Shown: piece by piece, positions 57,645 to 64,000 of the stretch
Layout: each line of letters starts with the position of its first letter
How positions within the stretch are numbered: position 1 is the stretch's first letter
Origin: Pirellulales bacterium
Lineage (GTDB): Bacteria; Planctomycetota; Planctomycetia; Pirellulales; PNKZ01
DNA length: 64,000 bases
Assembly: GCA_036268995.1 (NCBI GenBank)
Contig: DATATB010000090.1
Span: 3,899 to 67,898, forward strand
Reading direction: 5' to 3'
The notes under the pieces: generated by a model
What the model was told of the DNA's origin: nothing
Databases searched by the model: none
The model's input: only the letters and a program-made list of their open reading frames with translations
Position numbers and translations under genes: made by a program

Positions 57645-59237
57645 ATGGCTGGAATGCAAAAACTTGACCGCTGGAACCGGATCGCCTGGATGCTCGTGGG
57701 GCTGGGCGTGGGGCTGCGCCTCATGCGGTACCTGCTCGCCTTTCCGTTGTGGGGCGACGAGTGCATGGTGGCCACCAACTTTCTGACGCGCGGCTACGCC
57801 GACTTGTTGCGGCCGCTGGATCATTGCCAGGTCGCGCCGCCGCTGTTTCTGGTGCTCGAACTAACCGCCGTCAAACTGCTGGGCTTCTCCGAATGGTCGT
57901 TGCGGCTGGTGCCGCTGCTCAGTGGCATCGTGGCCTTGCTCGTGTTCAAATATCTGGCCGGCCGGTTGTTGCGCGGTCCGGCCTATGCGCTGGCCGTGGG
58001 TTTGATGGCCGTAGCGTTCTATCCCATGCGGCATAGCGCCGAGGTCAAGCCCTATGCGTCCGACCTGCTGGTCGCGGTGGTGTTGTTAGCTCTGGCCGTC
58101 GAGTGGTGGAGCGATCGGAACAGGACGCGCTGGCTGTGGGCTTTGGTGGCGGCGATGCCCTTGGCCCTCGGGCTGTCGTTCCCGGCCGTGTTCGTGGCCG
58201 GCGGAATCAGTCTGCTATTAATGTGCGAACTGTACCGCAGCCGCGATCGGTCGACGATCTTGCCGGTCGTCGCGTATCACGTAGCGCTGGCAGTGTCGCT
58301 GGCAGGGCTGATGGCCGTGTCGGCCGCCACCCAACTCGATGAGTGGGGGCCGATGATGCGCGCGTGCTGGGTCACGGGCTTTCCGCCTTCGCCCCTGCAC
58401 CCGGTGTTGTTATTAAGATGGTTGGCCGAGACCTACACCGGCCACATGTTCGCCTATCCCCTGGGCGGCAGCGCCGGCGGCAGCGTGCTGACGCTCGTCT
58501 GCTTTCTCGCCGGGCTGGCGGCCTGGATGCGCCGTGGCGACCGCCGGCTGGCCGTGATGCTGCTCGCGCCCTTTGGGCTAGGGCTGCTCAGCGCCGCCCT
58601 GCGTCTGTATCCCTACGGCGACAACGAACGGCTGGTGCAATACCTGGGACCGGCCATTTGCCTACTGACCGGACTGGGGATTGTGCAACTCGTCGCGCGA
58701 TTGCGCCCGGCCTCGCGCCAGTGGGCACTGCCAGCGATCATCGGGCTGCTGGGTGTGATTGCCGGCGGGGAGGCGGTGTTCGATCTGGTGCATCCGTATA
58801 AGCACCGCTGCGACTGGGACCATCAATCCTTTGCCCGCTGGTTCTGGAGCCAAAGCGACGGTTCGACCGAAGTGGTGGCCATGCCGCACGCGCTGAACGC
58901 GGCCGTTTACGATCAGACGGATTATTGCGCCTACCTCTGCTACCGGGCAATCTATGGCCGGCGGTTGAAGGCGGCTTCGGCCGTCACAAGCTCACCGGTT
59001 AAACCGCTAGACTGCGTTGTCTTTCGCGGCGATCAGAGCCGGCCAAAACAGCCGGCCCTGGATGTCTGGCTCAAGCAGTTCGCGCCGCGCTACCAATTGG
59101 CCGGCTGCACGAGCCACCGCGTAAAAACCGACGTCGGTCCGCCCCACGACTTTTACGGCTGGTACGACGTCTACCGGTTTGTGCCGCGGGAAGGGGAGGC
59201 GGTAGCGCAAGGGGAGATTCAGACGCAGAGGAAATGA
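57645..59237 (+). CDS. GT-C fold glycosyltransferase (family 39 / ArnT-PMT-like)
   Basis: Real start at ATG 57645 or 57654 inside a longer ORF. About 10 or more TM helices and the first-loop 'PLWGDE' motif typical of GT39/83. Confidence 0.7.
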   Translation: MAGMQKLDRWNRIAWMLVGLGVGLRLMRYLLAFPLWGDECMVATNFLTRGYADLLRPLDHCQVAPPLFLVLELTAVKLLGFSEWSLRLVPLLSGIVALLVFKYLAGRLLRGPAYALAVGLMAVAFYPMRHSAEVKPYASDLLVAVVLLALAVEWWSDRNRTRWLWALVAAMPLALGLSFPAVFVAGGISLLLMCELYRSRDRSTILPVVAYHVALAVSLAGLMAVSAATQLDEWGPMMRACWVTGFPPSPLHPVLLLRWLAETYTGHMFAYPLGGSAGGSVLTLVCFLAGLAAWMRRGDRRLAVMLLAPFGLGLLSAALRLYPYGDNERLVQYLGPAICLLTGLGIVQLVARLRPASRQWALPAIIGLLGVIAGGEAVFDLVHPYKHRCDWDHQSFARWFWSQSDGSTEVVAMPHALNAAVYDQTDYCAYLCYRAIYGRRLKAASAVTSSPVKPLDCVVFRGDQSRPKQPALDVWLKQFAPRYQLAGCTSHRVKTDVGPPHDFYGWYDVYRFVPREGEAVAQGEIQTQRK

Positions 59238-59238
59238 T

Positions 59239-59320
59239 GAAGTAGGAATGATGAACGATGAATGAAAGAAGAAGCGCGGCTCTCGCCGCCTTTCCATTCA
59301 TCATTCATCATTCCTACTTC
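59239..59320. repeat. family-5 AT-rich hairpin filling the gap between convergent stop codons
   Basis: GAAGTAGGAATGATGAACGATGAATGAAAG (59239-59268) pairs with CTTTCCATTCATCATTCATCATTCCTACTTC (59290-59320). Confidence 0.85.
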
Positions 59321-60637
59321 CTACTTTCCCATCACGCTCGCTCGCCCGATGGAGTGATACGTAAAGCCGCCGGCGCGGATCAGGCCGGGCTCGTAGATGT
59401 TGCGGCCGTCGAAGATCACGGGGGCTTTCATCTTCCGCTTCATGAGTTTGAAGTCGGGATTCTGGAACTCCTTCCACTCGGTCATGATCACCAGCGCATC
59501 GGCTCCATTGATGGCGTCGTACGGTCGCTCGGCATAGACCAGTCGGTCGCCATAGAGCCGCTGGACATTCTCCAATGCCTCGGGATCGTGTACCTGCACG
59601 TGTACCTTTTCGGCCAGCAGCCGATCCACTAGCGCCAGTGCCGGGGCCTCGCGAACGTCGTCGGTGCGCGGTTTGAAGGCCAGCCCCCAGATGGCCAGCG
59701 TGCGGCCTGCCAATTGGCCGTCGAAGTGCCGCAAGATCTTTTCCAACAGCACGGTCTTTTGCGCCGTGTTGATCGCGTCGACGGCCTCCAGCATGCGCGG
59801 CTCGACGCCCAGCGAACGGGCCATGAATTGCAAGGCCCGCACGTCCTTGGGAAAGCAACTGCCGCCGTAACCGACGCCGGGAAACAGAAACGAGAAGCCG
59901 ATGCGGCTGTCGTGGCCGATGCCGCGGCGCACGTCGTTGATGTCGGCCGCCATGTGCTCGCACAGATTGGCGACCTCGTTGATGAAGCTGATTTTGGTGG
60001 CCAACAGGGCATTGGCCACATACTTGGTCATCTCGGCGCTTTCGGGGCTCATCACCAGAAACGGCTGCTCGACCCGCAGAAACGGCGCGTACAGCTCGCG
60101 CAGCATTTCCACCGGCCGAGGCGAGCGCACGCCGATGACGACCCGGTCGGGCCGCATGAAATCGTCCAGCGCCGCCCCCTCCTTGAGAAACTCCGGATTG
60201 CTCACCACGTCGAAGTCGCGGCCCGTCAGTTCGCGCAAACGCTGGAAGATGCGCGCGTTGGTCCCCACTGGCACCGTACTTTTGGTGATGACGATGGCCT
60301 CGTCCGGCAGCAAGCCGGCCAGACTGTCGATCACGGTCCAGAGGTTCGTCAAATCGGCCGAGCCATCGTCGGCGCTGGGCGTGCCGATGGCCAGGAACAC
60401 CAACTGCGCCGGCTGAAGGGCAGCCGCCAGGTCGGTGGTGAAGTGCAGGCGCCCCAGCTCGGCGTTGCGCGTCACCAGCTCGGCCAGGCCGGGCTCGTAG
60501 ATCGGCACCTGGCCCTGTTCGAGCAGTTCGATCTTGCGCCGATCGACGTCGACGCAGATCACGTCATTGCCCGTCTCGGCAAAACAAGTGCCCGTGACAA
60601 GGCCGACGTAGCCGGTACCGATAACGGCGATTTGCAT
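59321..60637 (-). CDS. ugd: UDP-glucose 6-dehydrogenase
   Basis: '[30 protein letters not shown]', catalytic 'GGSCFPKD', full-length family match. Confidence 0.9.
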   Translation of the reverse strand: MQIAVIGTGYVGLVTGTCFAETGNDVICVDVDRRKIELLEQGQVPIYEPGLAELVTRNAELGRLHFTTDLAAALQPAQLVFLAIGTPSADDGSADLTNLWTVIDSLAGLLPDEAIVITKSTVPVGTNARIFQRLRELTGRDFDVVSNPEFLKEGAALDDFMRPDRVVIGVRSPRPVEMLRELYAPFLRVEQPFLVMSPESAEMTKYVANALLATKISFINEVANLCEHMAADINDVRRGIGHDSRIGFSFLFPGVGYGGSCFPKDVRALQFMARSLGVEPRMLEAVDAINTAQKTVLLEKILRHFDGQLAGRTLAIWGLAFKPRTDDVREAPALALVDRLLAEKVHVQVHDPEALENVQRLYGDRLVYAERPYDAINGADALVIMTEWKEFQNPDFKLMKRKMKAPVIFDGRNIYEPGLIRAGGFTYHSIGRASVMGK

Positions 60638-60646
60638 AGGAAATTA

Positions 60647-60741
60647 AATGATGAAGGATGAAGGATGAAGGATGAATGAAAGAAGAGACCGACGTCATGT
60701 CCCCCATTCATCATTCATCATTCCGACTTCCGCATTTCCGC
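60647..60741. repeat. family-5 AT-rich imperfect hairpin
   Basis: (GATGAAG)n left arm and CATTCATCATTCATCATTCCGACTTCCG right arm. The right arm overlaps the last codons of the upstream CDS. Confidence 0.6.
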
Positions 60742-61683
60742 TTCGTGGTTTTGCCAGAACTCGAATGTATCCGCCACGCACTGCTGGAGCGAGATCCGCG
60801 GCTGCCAACCAGTGGTGGCTACCAACCGGCTGATATCGGCCACGGCGTCGGCCCGCACACCGGGATGCAGTTCGCGGATCGGCCGGTGGGGGTCGGCGAT
60901 GCGCTCGAGCATGGCCAAAACTTCGCCCGTCTGGCAGGCCTGGCCGCTGCCGACGTTGTAAAGCCCGAGCGGCTCGCCGGCCAGGGCCAGCAGCCGGTAG
61001 GCCCGCACAATGTCGCGGACGTCGGACAAATCGATGCGCGTCGAGCGATTGTAAACTTCGATCGGCCGCCCGCCGGGTTGGGCGAATTGCCGGGCCCATT
61101 GCGGCAACATCATCTGCTCGTGCTGCCGCGGTCCCGTGTGCTGGAACGAGCGGGCGATCATCACGTCCAGCCCCGAGTCGCGGGTGAACCAGCCGATGAC
61201 GGTCTCGGCCAGCGACTTGCTCCAGCCGTAACCGTTCTTGGGTTTGATCGGGGACGTTTCGCTGACCGGGTCGCCGGCCGCCGCGACTGCGTCGTACACA
61301 TGGCTGGTGCTGATGAACAGCACGCGGGGAGGCCGCGGCAAGCTGGCCGCCATTTCCAGCACGGCCGCCGTTCCGCCCACATTGACGGCCGCCGCCGGAC
61401 CGGCCGGCAAATGCGGTCCACACTCCTCGGGCACGCTGATGGCCGCCAGATGAAAGATCACCTCGGGCGCAAAGATTCGCAGCGGTTCGTAGGCCAGCTT
61501 GGCCAAGGCCGGCAGCGTCACGTCCCACGGAAACAGCGGAGCCTCGGCCTCGACGCGCGCGAGCGTATGCTCGGGCCAGGCGCCGGAGCGGTTGAAACCC
61601 AGCACCTGGTCGCCTTCGGCCAACAGGTGCTCGGCCAGATATTGGCCGGCGAAACCGGTGATGCCGGTAATCGCCGCCCTCAC
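60718..61683 (-). CDS. NAD-dependent sugar epimerase/dehydratase (GDP-mannose 4,6-dehydratase/reductase-like)
   Basis: 'MRAAITGITGFAGQYLAEHLL' and 'YGWSK' (YxxxK). Confidence 0.8.
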   Translation of the reverse strand: MRAAITGITGFAGQYLAEHLLAEGDQVLGFNRSGAWPEHTLARVEAEAPLFPWDVTLPALAKLAYEPLRIFAPEVIFHLAAISVPEECGPHLPAGPAAAVNVGGTAAVLEMAASLPRPPRVLFISTSHVYDAVAAAGDPVSETSPIKPKNGYGWSKSLAETVIGWFTRDSGLDVMIARSFQHTGPRQHEQMMLPQWARQFAQPGGRPIEVYNRSTRIDLSDVRDIVRAYRLLALAGEPLGLYNVGSGQACQTGEVLAMLERIADPHRPIRELHPGVRADAVADISRLVATTGWQPRISLQQCVADTFEFWQNHEAEMRKSE

Positions 61684-61735
61684 GCGAGCACCGCGCCGCT
61701 CGTCCCAGCCTGCCCTGCGAGCATCATGGGGTCAC

Positions 61736-64000
61736 CTACTGCGGTTCGGCGGCGGGCGGCGGCGGAGTGGGGTTGCCTTCGGCTCCAAGCACCTCGTCGG
61801 CGCCCTCATCCTCCTTGACCGCCACATCCTCGCGCGGCACTCGGACAATGGCCGCCAGCGCGTCGGCCTCGTCCATGCTCATGATCCGCACGCCTTGCGT
61901 GTTGCGGCCGATCAAGCTCACCTCGCCGGCAGCGATTCGCTGCAGCTTGCCGCGGGCCGTAATCATCAGCAGCTCGTCGTCGTCGCGAACCGCGGCGATG
62001 CCCATCACCGGCCCGTTGCGCTTGGTAGTTTTGATGTCGCGAATGCCTTTGCCGCCGCGGCGCTGCGTGCGGTAGCGATGCGAGCTGCTCCCCTCGTCGC
62101 CGTCGTCCCCAGCTTCGGCTTCGAGGGCCTCGGGCGGCAGCGAATCGGCAGCAGCCGGCTCGACCGCTTCGGCTTCGACCGCGGCTTCGTCCGTTCCTTC
62201 TTCCGGAAGTTCACCGCCCACCACCGGGCTGCCCGCTCCAAACGGCGTGCGCTTGCCGTAGCCGTTTTCGCAGGCCGTGAGCAGCGTGGCCTCGGGATCG
62301 GCCACGACCATGCCTACCAGGTGATCGCCCGCCGTGAGCCGAATGCCTTTGACGCCGCTGGTGTTGCGACCCATCGGTCGCGCATCCGACTGGTTGAAGC
62401 GGATGGCCATGCCCTTGGTCGTGACCAGCATCACTTCGTCGCCAGGCTTGGTGACCACGACATCCACCAACTCGTCGTCTTCGCGAAGCTTGATGGCGAT
62501 GATGCCGCCCTTGAGCGGCCGGCTGTATTGCTCGAGCGGCGTTTTCTTGACCGTGCCGCTGCGCGTGGCCATCAGCAAGTAATGATCCGGCAGCGAAAAA
62601 TCACGCACGGCCCGGCAGTCGGCGATCTTTTCGCCTTCGGCAAAATTCAGCAGGTTGACGATCGCCCGGCCGCGGCTCTCGCGGGCCAGTTGCGGCAGAT
62701 CGTAGACCTTGATCCAGTACACCTTGCCGCGGTTGGTAAACGCCAACAGGTAGTCGTGCGTGCTGGCCAGGAACAAGTGCTCGATGGGGTCTTCTTCTTC
62801 TGCCTGGGCGCCTTTGAGGCCCTTGCCGCCGCGGCGCTGGGCTCGATACGTGCTGGCCGCGGTGCGCTTGATGTAGCCCTGGTGGCTGATCGTGACCACC
62901 ATGTTCTCTTCGGTGATCAGGTCCTCGAGGTCGATGCTGCCGACTTCCTCGCCGCTGATCTCGGTGCGCCGCTCGTCGCTGTATTTCTTTTTCAGCTCGG
63001 CCAGGTCGTCGCGGATGATCGCCAGGATATTGGCCGGATTGGAGAGGATGCGCAGGTATTCGGTGATTTCCTCGAGCAGCTTGTGGTACTCGCCGGCGAG
63101 CTTCTCCTGCTCCAGGTTCACCAATTGTCCGAGCGTCATCCGCAGGATCGCGTCGGACTGCACGGCGGTGAGCGTGTAGCTCTCGCGGTCGCCGCGCTCG
63201 GAAATGAAGTTGGCAAAGCCGGCCTCGCCCAGCGCTCGCCGCATGAGCGCGGCGGGGCACTCGATGCCCATCAGCCGGGCCTTGGCCTCGGGCTGCGTCG
63301 TCGACGACCGGATCACGCGGATCACTTCGTCGATGTTCGCGTGCGCCAGCAACAGGCCTTCTACCGTGTGCTTGCGCTGCCGGGCACGAGCCAGCAGGAA
63401 TTGCGTGCGGCGGCGAATGACGATCGCGCGGTGCCGCACGAACTCCTGCAACAACTCTTTGAAGGTCAGCGTGCGCGGCTTGCCGTCCACTAGCGCCAGA
63501 AAAATCAGCGAGAACGTGTCTTGCAGCGGCGAGAACTGATAAAGCTGGTTGAGCACGATCTCCGCGTCGGCGTCGCGCTTGATTTCCAGAATCAGCCGCA
63601 CCGGCTCTTTCAGATCGCTCTCGTTGCGGATGGCCGAAATGCCCTTGATGCGGTCCTCGTTTACCAGTTGCGCGATCCGTTCTTCGATCCGGTCGCGGGC
63701 CTGCTGGTAGGGGATCTCGGTGACGACGATCCGCTGCCGGTTTTTCTCCATGTCCTCGATATGGGCCCGAGCGCGCAGCGTGATGGTGCCGCGGCCGGTG
63801 TGGTAACCCTTGCGAATGCCGCTGCGTCCGCAGACGATGCCGCCGGTGGGAAAATCGGGCCCCGGCACGATCTCGAGCAGCTCGTCGATCGAGACGTTCG
63901 GCTCGTCGATCACTTTCAAGATCGCGTCGCAGACTTCGCGCAGGTTGTGCGGCGGAATGCTCGTGGCCATGCCCACCGCAATGCCGTTGGCGCCGTTGAC
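61736..64000 (-). CDS. gyrA: DNA gyrase subunit A (5' end outside window)
   Basis: '[15 protein letters not shown]', 'DFPTGG' and a C-terminal beta-pinwheel with 'QRRGGKG' GyrA-box-like motifs. The reading frame is open to the window edge. Confidence 0.9.
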   Translation of the reverse strand, partial: VNGANGIAVGMATSIPPHNLREVCDAILKVIDEPNVSIDELLEIVPGPDFPTGGIVCGRSGIRKGYHTGRGTITLRARAHIEDMEKNRQRIVVTEIPYQQARDRIEERIAQLVNEDRIKGISAIRNESDLKEPVRLILEIKRDADAEIVLNQLYQFSPLQDTFSLIFLALVDGKPRTLTFKELLQEFVRHRAIVIRRRTQFLLARARQRKHTVEGLLLAHANIDEVIRVIRSSTTQPEAKARLMGIECPAALMRRALGEAGFANFISERGDRESYTLTAVQSDAILRMTLGQLVNLEQEKLAGEYHKLLEEITEYLRILSNPANILAIIRDDLAELKKKYSDERRTEISGEEVGSIDLEDLITEENMVVTISHQGYIKRTAASTYRAQRRGGKGLKGAQAEEEDPIEHLFLASTHDYLLAFTNRGKVYWIKVYDLPQLARESRGRAIVNLLNFAEGEKIADCRAVRDFSLPDHYLLMATRSGTVKKTPLEQYSRPLKGGIIAIKLREDDELVDVVVTKPGDEVMLVTTKGMAIRFNQSDARPMGRNTSGVKGIRLTAGDHLVGMVVADPEATLLTACENGYGKRTPFGAGSPVVGGELPEEGTDEAAVEAEAVEPAAADSLPPEALEAEAGDDGDEGSSSHRYRTQRRGGKGIRDIKTTKRNGPVMGIAAVRDDDELLMITARGKLQRIAAGEVSLIGRNTQGVRIMSMDEADALAAIVRVPREDVAVKEDEGADEVLGAEGNPTPPPPAAEPQ

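Overview
This is a high-GC (roughly 65-68%) chromosomal segment whose gene content points to Planctomycetota of the Pirellulales type. The supporting families are a PSCyt1/DUF1549/DUF1553 + DUF1501 pair, DUF1080 + Gfo/Idh/MocA, a YTV-repeat protein, tandem HExxH (DUF1570-like) proteins, a 'small basic protein', Tat-signal enzymes and an FHA-sigma54 activator. I support about 47 CDS, all from motif-level recognition in the translations because no searches were run. They include larA, hicAB, csrA, pyrE, phoD, moaB, ugd and a partial gyrA. I found no rRNA, tRNA, CRISPR array, integrase or transposase. Most long ORFs in the track are antisense artefacts of the high GC content. The clearest unannotated signal is in the intergenic DNA. 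At least five families of palindromic repeats fill nearly every gap between convergent genes. Most begin with GTAG followed by a hairpin (REP/REPIN-like architecture), show compensatory stem substitutions, and include nested and duplicated copies. There are three candidate accessory or novel loci. The first is a roughly 2-kb low-GC islet encoding a basic-tailed protein with a nucleoside 2-deoxyribosyltransferase/TIR-like 'MPF...ELG' domain (18639-19874). The second is a SNF2 helicase translationally coupled to an unrecognised 188-aa protein (24215-26547). The third is a CoiA-like PD-(D/E)xK protein (10787-11482). None of these can be shown to be a defence or otherwise novel system from sequence alone.
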